A DNA stretch of 64,000 nt from Octopus sinensis (GCF_006345805.1 NC_043022.1:11098001-11162000); one strand, 5' to 3'. Counted from the first letter of the stretch, positions 40,681-55,770 are shown. Notes: generated from the sequence alone by a model not told the origin. Numbers and translations are program-made.

Positions 40681-41048
40681 AACGGCAGTTTGTCTGTGCG
40701 TGTTCTGTGTGTCTGTTTTTTTGTACCCTCACCCTGACCACGGCTTTCAACCGATTCTGATGAAACTTGACACACACATAGCCCAATGTCATAATTCAAA
40801 ACTAACGCAGCGAAAATTTTGAAAGGTTCCCCCAGTTCTGAAAAAAATCGATAAATTCGACATGGGGTCGAGAATCAGAAACACAAACCGCAAACTGTCT
40901 AGGGGACGCAACTCCACCTTTTTTAACTAAAAAAAAAATTTACCATCATTTTTTTCCATCTTTTTGCTATTTTTTGGCTATAACTCTCTAAAAATGCTTT
41001 ATAGTTATTTCCCTTACAAACCCGAGCAACGCCGGGCGATACTGCTAG
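40665..41048 (+). mobile_element. Non-autonomous Helitron
   Basis: 5' TATATATAAAACGGCAGTTTGTCTGT; 3' hairpin CCCGAGCAACGCCGGG (41021-41036) followed by CTAG (41045-41048) and then T. Confidence 0.85.
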
Positions 41049-42179
41049 TATATAAATATATATATATATAAAGATAGATATATACATACATATATACATA
41101 TATATACATATATATATAAATTTCAGTCACGCGAAACTACTGAACCAAGATTTTGTATATGCACCCCCGAAATTTAGAAACTTTACTCTAACTAGTGGAT
41201 ATTTTGAATGTAAATATCTAATCGATATGTTTTTTCAAACATATCAGAAATTTAATAATTTCTTACAAATGTCGAACAACAAAAGGACATGTTTTGAGCA
41301 ATCTCCAATAAATACACATCATCGCCGATAAAACAAAATATGTACATGGACTAGATATTGCAACGAACAGCAGACCTCTAGTTAACTACGTCTCCAAAAC
41401 TTATAAGAAAACCATCCCCACTGCATAAATACACCATAAGCACCGTGGAGAGAAAGCTAGCTGTTCTGTTAGAAAGAGTAGATCGCATAGCCATTTGAAC
41501 CTTCTATTACTAAGAAAAGCCACAGATCCAATTTCCTCTCTAACGCCACTTTAGGCTAATAAATAAACCCCATAAAAAGGAATTGATTATGCAGTCAGTA
41601 AAGACGTTCCCGACATCAAGCAGTGAATTAGAAGTGATACGAAGTTAGATCAAAAGAACTATGGTATCGTCACAATTCCATTGCTTTGTTTCCAATGTCA
41701 TACGACCGATCAAGAGGTCCCACAGCATCGGAAGCAAAACCGCTTGTAAGTTTACCAAACTTCTTGTAGGCTTCTCATCTATATTGAATATTCTTTTCCT
41801 AAAAGCCACAGTAGCTGCGAAACATTGACCACTACACTAGAAAAATTATGAACATTACGTAGTGACTGTCGTATAATGACCTCCTTTAGTAAGGTACCTA
41901 CTCTTCGACAACTCCAGTGAATCTTTAAGAGTGTTCAGGTGGCATGTTCTGTGGGATCATTTGTCACTGACATCCATAAGAAACAAACACCCTCACAGGT
42001 CTCAATTTTGTAGAGATGATGAATAGAGAAGCTCATGTAATATGAAAAATCAAAGCATAAATTGATTTAGGAAAAATCTGATAGTTATGTTTAAGACAAA
42101 TCCCTTGAATATGCCTATCTCCGACATTATAGCAGAAGTTAATATCGTAGATATTACACTAGATCTTAAAACAAGTAAA

Positions 42180-42490
42180 CACTACTGCAAGAAGTCGATA
42201 TATGTTAAGGTGGGATTCTCTTGATAAAACAACACCGCTTTAACAAATGCACGCCACAATTAAAAAGACATCTACACTGCCTTCAACTGAACGACTCACT
42301 TGCAACTACCGACCACAAACCTCTTGTCTTCTCGAAGAATGTACCCACCCAAGATCGAATTATATAGAACTATACTCTCTCCCCTCTACATGGTGTCAAG
42401 AAGAGCTATTTGGGGTTCATGACAAACAAAATAATTTCAATGAATAGCCTGGTCAACATAATGCACTTCTCTCTCCTGTTCCATTTGGAA
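42180..42490 (+). mobile_element. Very decayed Gypsy-type RNase H remnant
   Basis: TTDHKPLVF at about 42305-42331 and later *PGQHNALLS (cf. TDHKPL...PG..N..AD.LSR). Confidence 0.35.
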
Positions 42491-43205
42491 GTCCAGGAGC
42501 CAAGAATATGACTGCTCTACTATAGTCTAGACTAATGTTGACAAGGCCTCTCTATCATCTATAGGAAATGTAATTGCTAGTTCTACTTGGCTGAAAACTT
42601 CACATCCTAAAACAAGATGCAGTATCCCTCGACAAGAAATACGAAATAATTTCTTTCGTCACAAATGAACTTTAATCCAAACTCAGTTCTAACAAAGCAA
42701 CTCAGAAAATGATTCCCTTGTGAAACAAGTAGTTACCGCTCTGACAAAGGAAAAGTAAATATCTCGGCAGTTGGCCTTCGCTAAGTCTTTAAGAATTTTG
42801 CAGTGATAAGTAGCAGCTTACATTGGGTTCTGTCGGGTTATAAGGTATAACTTATGGGAGTATAGATAACCAGCGATCACTAAGGGTCTCGCTTTACTCT
42901 CCAAGAGCATCTAAAGAATTAAGCATGTTCCTACGTGTCGATGAAACTCTGAGTAATGGCCGTGGGAGTCATTATCTACTAACTTCCCTTCTGTCTCAAA
43001 CACACACACACACACCACCACACACACACACACACACACATCTTCCGTTTATGCCGTCTATGTGACGCATTTGGCGAGAACTAAATAAATTCTGTGTGAA
43101 ATTTGTGTAGGAGTTTTGATTTTAATATTGTATGTGGTTTTGTTATTTTCACTGAGAAAGAGAGAGGAGTCATTTAAAACAATATGTTGATAAGAATTTG
43201 TCTAA

Positions 43206-43305
43206 NNNNNNNNNNNNNNNNNNNNNNNNNNNNNNNNNNNNNNNNNNNNNNNNNNNNNNNNNNNNNNNNNNNNNNNNNNNNNNNNNNNNNNNNNNNNNNN
43301 NNNNN
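43206..43305. other. Assembly gap (100 N)
   Basis: Direct inspection. Confidence 1.
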
Positions 43306-45091
43306 GTTTCACTCCACCCCTTGGGCATCTCCAAATCACCAATCCAACTGACTTTTTTACCACTGCAGATATAGAATCAGAGGCGGCGACGATAGATTAC
43401 ATCGATATAAAGGAAGACGATGTAACCAAGGCTATAGATGAAATGAAAACAGACTCAGCTACTGGCCCCGATGGATTCCCGGCAATCCTCCTAAAAGCAT
43501 GTAAGAGAGTCCTAGTAAGACCACTGCAGTTCCTCTTTCAGAGCTTCCTTGCAGCTGGCAAACTTCCAGGAAAACTGAAGGAAGGTAAAATATGCCCCAT
43601 TCATAAAGGAGGTAGCAGAGCGGAAGCCAAGAACTATAGACCTATCTCTCTGACCTCACACATCAGCAAGGTCATGGAACGAATAGTCAGAAGGAAGCTG
43701 ATCACCTTCCTTGAAGAGAATGACTTGCTGCCGGACACCCAACATGGTTTCCGACCAGGGAGAAGCTGTTTAACTCAGCTCTACAACACTATGACTGGGT
43801 GCTGATACGGCTGCTCAACCATTCAAATGTGGAGTGATATATCTCGACTTTGCAAAGGCCTTGATAAAGTCGATCATGGAATGATATGTCACAAACTACG
43901 TGATCTCAACATAGTTGGAAAACTGGGAGAATGCTTCATGACTTTCTGAAGGATAGAAGTCAGGTGGTAGTAGCCAATGGGGCCACCTCCATTAACACAC
44001 AAATAGTGAGCGGTGTTCCGCAGGGCACTGTTCTGGACCACTACTGTTCATAATGGCCCTCTCAGACATGCCCTCAGCCACGCAGAGAGCCACGATCACA
44101 AGTTATGCAGATGATACAAAAGTTTCACAGGCAATACAGAACCCTGAGGACACTAAACACCTGCAATGTGAGCTGGACGAAATATACAAGTGGGCTGAAA
44201 AGAATAGCATGCTGTTCAATGCTGGAAAGTTTCAAGCTTATACTATCAGCATGCAAAACTGAATGCAATAGCCAATGAATACACTGGACCGGAGGGATTG
44301 CAATCCCAGAGGCACAATCAGTGCGTGACCTGGGTATTCACATGAGTGATGACGCGACCTTTCATGTACATGTTGCTAAACTGACAATGAAATGTAGACG
44401 GCTGGCTGGATGGATTCTTAGAACCTTAGAACAAGAGAACAAGAAACCATGATGGTCCTTGGAAGACACTTGTCCTAAGCCACTTTGACTATGCTCTCAG
44501 CTATGGTCACCATCCAGTGTCAAGTTGATCACAGAACTTGAGGCGATCCAACGAAGCTACACAAAGAAGATAGCCTCTATGCAGAATGTAAGCTATGGGA
44601 AAGACTCAAGAGATTAAAATTATATTCCCTGGAGCGTAGGCGAGAAAGATATGCCATAATATATATCTGGAAGATCCTGGAGGGAAGGTCCTGAACTTTG
44701 GCATCGAGAGTACGCAAATGCCAGAACTGGGCGCCACTGCGTGGTGCCTAGGACTCCAAACCTGCCATCAAGATGTAGGACAAGATTGTGTGATAGCCTG
44801 GGCTTCCGAGGCCCACAGCTCTTCAATATCCTCCCGAAGAACCTGAGAGACCTGCATGGGGTGGATACAGATGTCTTTAAAATGAAGCTGGATCTCTTCC
44901 TGTCAGGTGTCCCAGATGAACCAACTTCACGGCAGGAGGGGCAGATGAGGGCAGCTGCATCGAACTCTCTCATGCACCAAATAGCAGTTGCTAGAAAGCC
45001 TCCATGAAGTGAAACCAAGTAGCAACACCAAATGGCGGTGCCCCAGCATGGCCACAGCTCATAAGCTGAAACTAGAATCAATCAATCAATC
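43306..45091 (+). mobile_element. Young CR1-clade LINE, RT to 3' end with (AATC)n tail
   Basis: GPDGFP, NYRPISLTSHISKVMERIV, QHGFRPGRSC, DF.KA.DKVDHG, VPQG, SYADDTK, DEPT..SNSLMHQ. 3' stem-loop at 45055-45068. Several single-base frameshifts; the 5' end runs into the gap. Confidence 0.95.
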
Positions 45092-45571
45092 ACTAATACA
45101 TACTAATACATACACCAACCCTATACATACACACGTCCAGACCCCTCATACGCACTAATACTCTCTCATACACAGACACACACACACCCTTATACATACT
45201 AATACATACTAATACATACACCAACCCTATACATACACACGTCCAGACCTCTCCTACGCACTAATAGCTGGTCATTCAACCCTATTATCAACCCTATTAT
45301 CTCCCCTTATTTCGCTCTCGCATCTCATGTTTGATCTTTGACCTCTGGCCGAAATCAGATCGCCATGTTGATTCGTTAGTTACTGCACGCATTTTTTTTC
45401 TCTCCTTCTTTCTGTGTTTTTTTTCTCTGTATGTATCATTCTGTTGAAGAGCTTAGGCTCGAAACGTTACAGACTTGTTTTATTTATATTTCCTGAGCGC
45501 CAAACTAATAAAATTGTTTGTTTTTTTTCCACCTGCCTTCGTCTTTTGTCTATTTTCATAAAGCTTCCCGT
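45092..45571 (+). mobile_element. Penelope-like 3' terminal repeat (pLTR-like), copy 1
   Basis: Closely similar to 47787-48294, which follows a GIY-YIG ORF. Internal tandem unit of about 115 bp. Ends AAGCTTCCCGTT followed by (TA)n. Confidence 0.8.
45436..45473 (+). ncRNA. Hammerhead-like motif, variant core CUGUUGA, stem I decayed
   Basis: TCATT-CTGTTGA-A-GAG(CTTAGG)CTC-GAA-ACGT-T-ACAGA. Confidence 0.5.
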
Positions 45572-45920
<349 letters not shown>

Positions 45921-46013
45921 TGTACATAAATTAAATTTAGGGTAAAAATTGATATTTATCAATTAGAAACAGTGGTCTAGCATATTAAAAAAGAATCCGA
46001 AGATTAAAATATT

Positions 46014-46424
46014 TATATATACCAATTAAGGACTGCACACGAAAAGTGGACAGTCAACATGCTAGATATAGACGTCAAATCGCCATTCTCCACAAAAAGT
46101 TTATGTTCTCAGATCAAACTCAACAAAACCAAAGTAATAAACAAGTGAAAAATATACGAAATAAATATTTACCCATGGACTAAATTTAGTTTCAGCTGTT
46201 ATTTTCGGCAAGGAAAAGTGCAGCATCATCAGCATGGTCCCATATAAAATGTAATTTGCTGGACTAAATGCCAACACGACACCAAAATATCGCGTGCATG
46301 GAGTCCGGCCTATTACATTTGAAATATATATTTCAAATGCCTTTTGTGGAGAATGGCGATTTGACGTCTATATCTAGCATGTTGACTGTCCAATTTCGTG
46401 TGCAGTCCTAAATTGGTATATATA
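46014..46424. repeat. About 84-bp near-perfect inverted repeat (46014-46097 / 46342-46424) with a 24-bp perfect palindrome at 46316-46339
   Basis: The arms differ by about 2 substitutions and 1 indel. CATTTGAAATATATATTTCAAATG is self-complementary. Confidence 0.95.
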
Positions 46425-46434
46425 TATATATAAC

Positions 46435-46465
<31 letters not shown>

Positions 46466-46487
46466 CATAATATATATATATATATAC

Positions 46488-46563
<76 letters not shown>

Positions 46564-46677
46564 TATATACAAATTCCATGATGTTCATCTATTTGATTTG
46601 ATTTGATTTGATTGATATATACATATATATATGTATATTTATATATATATAGTATATATATATCTATATATATATAT

Positions 46678-46748
<71 letters not shown>

Positions 46749-46979
46749 TAGTATATATATATGTATATATATATGTATATATATATATATGTATATATTT
46801 ATATGTATATATATATGTATATATATATATATGTATATATATATATGTATATATATGTATATATATAGTATATATATATATGTATATATATGTATATATA
46901 TATGTATATATATATAGTATATATATATATATGTATATATATATGTATATATATATGTATATATATATCTGTATATATC

Positions 46980-47018
<39 letters not shown>

Positions 47019-47161
47019 ATATATATGATGGATATTATATATATTATATATATTATATTATATATATTATATGTATATATATATATTGTATATATATATA
47101 TATACATATTACATATATATATATACATATATACATATATATATTATATATATATATATAC

Positions 47162-47217
<56 letters not shown>

Positions 47218-47225
47218 ATATATAA
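46425..47225. repeat. (TA)n/(TATG)n tract containing a 45-bp non-TA module at 46569-46615
   Basis: Direct inspection. Confidence 0.97.
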
Positions 47226-47227
47226 AT

Positions 47228-48294
47228 CGCTTGGCTGACTGGTTCGCGGAACACCTTCGTGACATCCACCTTGCGAACGACACACCGGTCTCACGCCATT
47301 TCCGCTCCACCGGTCACTCCTTGCAACACCTATCTTTGTTCGGTTTGTCCTTACACAGAGGCCATCCGGATTCCCGTTTGCGCCGTGAACAGGAATTAAT
47401 CTTCTCTCTTCGCTCTTATATGCCATTTGGTCTCAACTCTCCCCTCTCCTCATCTACCCCCCCCCTCTCCCCCTCCTCACCTATCCTTACCCCCTACCCC
47501 TACTTCTTCAGTCCTTCATCCTTTCACCCCTACTCCCCTTCCCTTCTTCCCTCTTTCTCCCTCCCTCCTTCCCTCTTCCCCTTCCCTCTGCTCCCTCACT
47601 CCCTTCTCTCTCCCCTTCTCCCTCTTTTCCCCCTCCCTCCCCTCCTTCTCCCCTCCTCTCCTCTTCCCCCTATCCTCCACCCCTTCTTCCCCTCCGCTTC
47701 TTCTCCCCTTCCCCTCTTCTCCCCTCCCCCTCTTCTCCTCACTACACCACACGACTTTACACATCACATCATATATGATGTGCCATACTAATACATACTA
47801 ATACGTACTAATACATACTAATAATACTAATACATACACCAACCCTATACATACACACGTCCAGACCTATCCTACGCACTAATACTCTCTCATACACACA
47901 CACACACACACCCTTATACAAACTAATACATACTAATACATACACCAACCCTATACATACACACGTCCAGACCTCTCCTACGCACTAATAGCTGGTCATT
48001 CAACCCTATTATCAACCCTATTATCCCCCCTTATTTCGCTCTCGCGTCTCATGTTTGATCTTTGACCTCTGGCCGAAATAGATTGCCATGTTGATTCGTT
48101 AAATACTGCACGCATTCTTTTTCTCTCCTACTTTCTGTGTTTTTTTTCTCTCTGTGTATCTTTCTGTTCAAGAGCGTAGGCTCGAAACGTTAAAGACTTG
48201 TTTTATTTATATTTCCTGAGCGCCATACTAATACAATTGTTTGTTTGTTTTCCACCTGCCTTCGTCTTTTGTCTATTTTCATAAAGCTTCCCGT
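47228..48294 (+). mobile_element. 5'-truncated Penelope-like element: GIY-YIG C-terminus, polypyrimidine tract and 3' terminal repeat (copy 2)
   Basis: RLADWFAEHLRDI..DTPVSRHFRSTGHS..L...GL......R.RREQELIFSLRSYMPFGLN is the typical PLE endonuclease C-terminus. (TA)n on both sides. Confidence 0.9.
48159..48196 (+). ncRNA. Hammerhead-like motif, stem I intact, core CUGUUCA
   Basis: TCTTT-CTGTTCA-A-GAG(CGTAGG)CTC-GAA-ACGT-T-AAAGA; stem I TCTTT/AAAGA pairs fully. Confidence 0.5.
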
Positions 48295-48316
48295 TATATA
48301 TATACATATATAATAT

Positions 48317-48372
<56 letters not shown>

Positions 48373-48454
48373 TACATATATATATATATACATATATATA
48401 TACATATATATATATATACATATAATATATATATATAATATATACATATATTAC

Positions 48455-48487
<33 letters not shown>

Positions 48488-48498
48488 GATATATATAC

Positions 48499-48529
<31 letters not shown>

Positions 48530-48543
48530 CATATATATATAAC

Positions 48544-48577
<34 letters not shown>

Positions 48578-48627
48578 TATACATATATACAAATTCCATT
48601 GATGTTCATCTATTTTGATTTGATTTG

Positions 48628-48708
<81 letters not shown>

Positions 48709-48844
48709 TACAATATATATATATATATACATATATATGTATAATATATATATATATATATATGTACATATATATATACATATATATATATACATATATA
48801 TATATACATATATATATATATACATATATGTATATATATCATAC

Positions 48845-48877
<33 letters not shown>

Positions 48878-48964
48878 CATACATATATATATACATACAT
48901 ATATATATATATACATACATATATATATACATACATATACATATATAAATATATATATACATAC

Positions 48965-48997
<33 letters not shown>

Positions 48998-49063
48998 CAT
49001 ACATATATATATACATACATATATATATACATACATATATATTATATATACATATATATATAC

Positions 49064-49094
<31 letters not shown>

Positions 49095-49141
49095 AATAAT
49101 ATATATATACATATATATATATACATATATATATATATAAC

Positions 49142-49172
<31 letters not shown>

Positions 49173-49217
49173 CATATATATATACATATATATATACATA
49201 TATAATCATATATAATC

Positions 49218-49251
<34 letters not shown>

Positions 49252-49319
49252 CATATATATATATACATATATATATTATACATATATATATTATACATAT
49301 ATATATTTATATACATATG

Positions 49320-49386
<67 letters not shown>

Positions 49387-49650
49387 GTATATATATATGT
49401 ATATATATATATGTATATATATATAATATATATGTATATATATATAATATATTTATATATATATATATGTATATATATATATTTATGTATATATATGTAT
49501 TTATATATATGTATATATATATATGTATATATATATATATGTATATATATAATATGTATGTATATATATAATGTATGTATATATATATATATGTGTATGT
49601 ATATATATATATATGTATATGTATGTATATATATATATGTATGTATATAT
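48295..49650. repeat. (TA)n/(TACA)n/(TATG)n tract containing the second 45-bp module at 48589-48630
   Basis: Direct inspection. Confidence 0.97.
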
Positions 49651-50801
49651 GACTTTCTGAAGAATAGATGTCAGGTGGTAGCAGCCATTAACACACAAAT
49701 AGTGAGCGGTGTTCCGCAGGGCACTGTTTTGGAACCACTACTGTTCATAATGGCCCTCTCAGACATGCCCTCAGCCACGCAGAGAGCCACGATCACAAGT
49801 TATGCAGACGATACAAAAGTTTCACAGGCAATACAGAACCCTGAAGACACGAAGCACCTGCAATGTGAGCTGGACGAAATATACAAGTGGGCTGAAACGA
49901 ATAGCATCCAGTTCAATGCTGAAAAGTTTCAAGCTTTATACTATCAGCATGCAAAACTGAATGCAACACCCAATGAATACACTGGACCCGGAGGGATTGC
50001 AATCCCAGAGGCACAATCAGTGCGTGACCTGGGTATTCACATGAGTGATGACGCGACCTTTCGTGTACATGTTGCTAAATTGGCAATGAAATGTAGACGA
50101 CTGGCCGGATGGATCCTCAGAACCTTTAGAACAAGAGAACAAGAAACCATGATGGTCCTCTGGAGGACACTTGTCCTAAGCCACTTTGACTACTGCTCTC
50201 AGTTATGGTCACCATCCAGTGTCAAGTTGATCACAGAGCTCGAGGCGATCCAACGTAGCTACACGAAGATAGCCTCTATGCAGAATGTAAGCTACTGGGA
50301 AAGACTCAAGAGATTAAAACTATATTCCCTGGAGCGTAGGCGAGAAAGCTATGCCATAATATATATCTGGAAGATCCTGGAAGGACTCGTCCCAAACTTT
50401 GGCATCGAGAGTCACACAAATGCCAGAACCGGGCGCCACTGCGTAGTACCAAGGACTCCAAATTTGCCATCAAGATGTAGGACAAGATATTGTGATAGCC
50501 TGGGCTTCCGAGGCCCACAGCTCTTCAATATCCTCCCAAAGAACCTGAGGGACCTGCATGATGTAGATGCAGATGTCTTTAAATTAGGACTAGACCTCTT
50601 CCTGTCAGGTGTCCCGGATGAACCAACTTCACGGCAGGAGGTGCAGATGAGGGCAGCTGCATCGAACTCTCTCATGCATCAGATGGCGTTTGCTAAAAAG
50701 CATCCGTGAGGTAAAATCGTGTAGCAAACCAAATGGCGGTGCCCCTGCATGGCCACAGCTCATTAGCTGAACCTGGAAAAATCAAAATCAAAATCAAAAT
50801 C
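49651..50801 (+). mobile_element. Young 5'-truncated CR1-clade LINE with (AAAATC)n tail
   Basis: Open frame from DFLKNR to KKHP* (about 352 aa) with VPQG and SYADDTK. Highly similar to 43940-45075, with a short in-frame deletion near the 5' end. Stem-loop at 50756-50769. Confidence 0.95.
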
Positions 50802-51955
<1,154 letters not shown>

Positions 51956-52013
51956 TAATGAGGGAGATAAATTAATATTAATTTTAATATGTATGTATTT
52001 ATGTATCTACGTA

Positions 52014-53830
52014 CAGTGATACCTCACAGTTCGAGTTTAATTTGTTCCATGACCAAGCTCGTTTTACGATGTATTCGTTTTGCAAATTAATTTTTCCCCA
52101 TTGAAATTAATTGAAATATAATTATTCTGTTCCAGCCTCACAAAACCACCCAAAAATAACTTTTAGTGAGTTTTAAAACAGAAAAGGTGTAGTTACCAGG
52201 AAAATGACAATTATAAAAAAGAGAATGCAAAAGATGTAAACTGGTTTTATTAACTGAATTACCTTAAAGACGTGATGATTTGTCCGCGAGGAAGACGGCC
52301 GAGCAGGAGGAGAAATATTACTGTTTGGAAGGAGAATCTCCTTCAGAAAGAACAATTTCTTGCATTTTGTCTCTCACTTCGCTCAACTTAGGCTTTTGGA
52401 CACACTTCGTCGGTTTTTACACTTGCAGGTCGTTCCATTAGAAACATATCAAGAGAAATATGCTTTTTCCTGCCTTTCGAAATGTTACAAAAATGCGCCA
52501 AAGCAGTGTCATTAAATAAAGTAGCTGCACTACCTACTGCTACTTTCCCAGGATGATAATTTTCTACAAATTCAGAAACATACTGCCACTTTGCCAACAC
52601 CACCTTTTTGTAACTCATAGAGATAGCATTCTTAGCTACACTGTCCTCCTCCGGGGAGCCAATATCTTCCACCGTATCCAAACGCTGCTGCTCCTGATGC
52701 TGCAGGAGTTCATCTGTCGTCAGCTCCTCTGGGTGTTCCTCGACAACATTGTTAATGTCCCCCAATCTCGAGGCTCATGGACTTGCCAAGAGACGCTAAC
52801 TTCTCGATTACAAGTGCCTCAAACTCAAACCCCTCGAAGTCTCTTTGATACATAGTCAGGCCACAGTTTCCACCATGCAGAAATCAGCGTTCTCCTCGTT
52901 ATAACCCTTTCAGGCCATATCGATGATTTTCAGGCAGTTTACAAATTTGTAGTGCTCCTTCCGAAACTCACAAAGGGTTAGACTTCAAAGCACCGACAAA
53001 ACTGGTGTTTGAAGTACAATTTCTTAAAATTACAAATCACCTGTTGGTCCATGGGCTGCAAGATAGGAGTGGTGTTGCGTGAAAGATACAGAGCTTTTAT
53101 AAATTTAAATTTGTCCTGAATATCATCTTCGAGGTTAGGAGGGTGAGCAGGAGCATTGTCGAGGATGAGGAGGGCCTTGAGAGGAAGATTCTTCTCCAGA
53201 AGGTAATTTTTCACTGCTGGTCCGAAGACAAGGCTGACCCACTTGGAGAAGAATTGCCTGGTGACGCAGGCTTTAACGTTTGCCCTCCACTTGCAGCTTC
53301 TCCTTCAGGATTTTGTGCGACTTGAACGCTCGTGGGTTTTTGGAATGGTAGACAAGGAGCGGCTTAATCTTCAAGTTACCACTCGCATTGGCGCAAAGGG
53401 CGAGAGTTAGCCTATCTTTCATAGGCTTGTAGCCTGACATTTTCTTCTCTAAGGTTAAGTAGGTTCTTCTGGGCATTCCCCCCACAAAAAAAGTCTACCG
53501 TAATCAGCTTTTTCTTCTCAACGCTATCCTTTGCGCTAACCTCCTTAGGACCCATGGCTAACACAACCAATTACTATAAAATAATAGCAAAAATGCACAC
53601 AAAACACAAGGATGCTGCCACAACTAGATAAACACGTTAACTGAGCGAGCGGAGACTGCGCTTGTTGAGAGAGCGGGTGCAAGCTCAGCGCCGACTAGCT
53701 TGTATGAAACTCGCTCGTACTGCGGATTTTTGCTTGTATTTCAAGACAAAAATTTGCACGAGTCGCCGTTCGTATAGCAAATTACTCGTACAATGGTGCA
53801 CTCGTAATGCGAGGTTCTACGGTTCTACTG
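52014..53830 (-). mobile_element. Tigger/pogo DNA transposon, internally deleted
   Basis: MPRRTY...KPMKDRLTLALCANASG..KIKPLLVYHSKNPRAFK and LLILDNAPAHP..NTT.ILQPMDQQVI.NFK. TIRs CAGTGATACCTC (52014, preceded by TA) and CAGTAGAACCTC (53830) match 17/23. The N-terminal DNA-binding region is missing after MGPKEVSAKDSVEKKKLIT (ATG at 53555). Confidence 0.93.
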
Positions 53831-53840
53831 CATATATATA

Positions 53841-55142
53841 TAAGGGTTGGTCATAATAATGGAATCACCTAGCATCATAGCTTTATAATTTTGAAATATT
53901 TATAAAACCGTCAAAAGCTTGTTTATTTATGTTTTTGGATTTTTTATAGTGTTGCGTAATATTTATAGCCTTATTTAATATATTTTGCTAAAATTGGTTT
54001 TCTTTTCAGATATCATCAGAATATGGTAATTAAAATTCATTAAAATGACAGATCTATCGGACTTTCCAAGAGGTCAAATTCTTGGTGCTCGTATGGCAGG
54101 AGCTAGCATAACGAAAACAGACAATGTTTGGTGTATCAAGAAGTAGTGTCTCGAAAGTAATGACGGCCTTTGAAAATGAGGGAAAAACCTCCTCGTCCAA
54201 ACAAAACTCTGGAAGAAAATCAGAAATTTGAGAGAGGGACTGTCAGACTCTTACATGAATTGTTAGAAAGGATCACAAAAGTACACTTCCCAAAATTACT
54301 GCAGAGCTTAATGACCACCTCGAGAACACAGTTTCCACAAAAACTGTTAGCCGGGAGCTGCACAAATCCGGATTCCACGGGAGGGCTACAATCAGAAAAC
54401 CCCTACCTTCAAAAACAAACGTTGCAAAGCATTTAAACTGGAGTAAAAACCTACAGAAATGGTCCCTAGAGCAGTGGAAGAATGTTATTTTCTCGGACGA
54501 GTCATCCTTTACCTTATTTCCGACCACTGACCGAGTATACGTATGAAGACAGCCAAAAGGAACATTTGACCCAAACTGCCTTCTTCCAATTGTTAAACAT
54601 GGAGGAGGATCTCTGATGATCGGGGTGGGTGGGTGAGTGGGGGCTATATCTTGAAAATCAGCCGGCGCTATGGTTTCCCTTCATGGCAGAATTAATAGTA
54701 AAAATTATTTAAGCATTTTATCTGATCAAATTCATTCTATGGTTGCAAACCTGTTTCCAGAGGGAAATACAATCTTTCGGGATGATAATGGACCAATTCA
54801 CACTGCTAAAGTTGTTAATGAATAGTACGAGGAACATTCTAGTGAAGTTGAACATCTTATTTGGCCACCACAGTCCCCAGATCTCAATATTATTGAACAT
54901 TTATGGTGCATTTTAGAAAAACAAGTAAGGAGTCGATATCCTCCACCACCATCACTACAAGAACTAGAAAATGTTTTAGCTGAAGAATGGACAAAAATTC
55001 CTTTGCAAACAATTCAAACTTTGTACGAGTCCATACCTTGTAGAATTCAAGGTGTAATTACTGCTAAAGGCGTCCCACCCCATATTAAACTAAATTTGTT
55101 TGAAATTTTAAGGAGTTTCCATTATTTTGTCCAACTCCTATA
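53841..55142 (+). mobile_element. Tc1-like (DD34E) DNA transposon, full length, decayed
   Basis: 30-bp TIRs 53841-53870 and 55111-55140 (24/30) in TA context. ATG at 54045: MTDLSDFPRGQI..; FSDES, KHGGGS, DDNGPIH, WPPQSPDLNIIEHLW. Confidence 0.95.
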
Positions 55143-55639
55143 TATAACGTTCAACTTAAGTATTCGAAGCACAAGTGTAAGCTGGCTGCCAGACCTCAAT
55201 CAAATTATACCATAATGCACATCAATTAGAAGTATTACTTATTTGTTAGGAAATAATAGTTCTGCTTTACTGAAAAAGTTAGATGAATCCAATATTGAAG
55301 CATTGATTCAACACTTAAGATATTGCTACTGCTACTTGCAAACAAATTTCCAAGGTCGCATCCAAAGGAAGACCGTTTGATTAGAAAGATTTAATTAGCA
55401 ATAAACTTTTAACTACAGGAAACATATACATTTTTCTTGCTGTCTGTTATTATAACGCCCTATGCCATGTTTAGACAAAAATCATTGCCAACTGGATTTG
55501 AACTTTGAATATGAAGACAGATATCTATAATATACCCGAAGTTATTCCATCCTAAGCTTTACTACATTTGCCACCTCATAACACACTACCACATCTATAC
55601 TAGTGTTCTGATACTAATTTTCAAGGCCTCATATTTTTG

Positions 55640-55770
55640 GTTAGGGTACTCATGATTATATCTATTCCAGTGCTTTCCTGGTACATGTCTTCGGAAAGGT
55701 GAAAGGCAAAGTTGCTCCCAGTTGGATTGGAACTCAGAAAATGAAGATGAAACTATATATCTCAACGTAT
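55640..55770 (-). mobile_element. Decayed SINE family B
   Basis: GGAAAGGTGAAAGGCAAAGTTG..GGAACTCAGAA shared with other copies. Confidence 0.6.
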
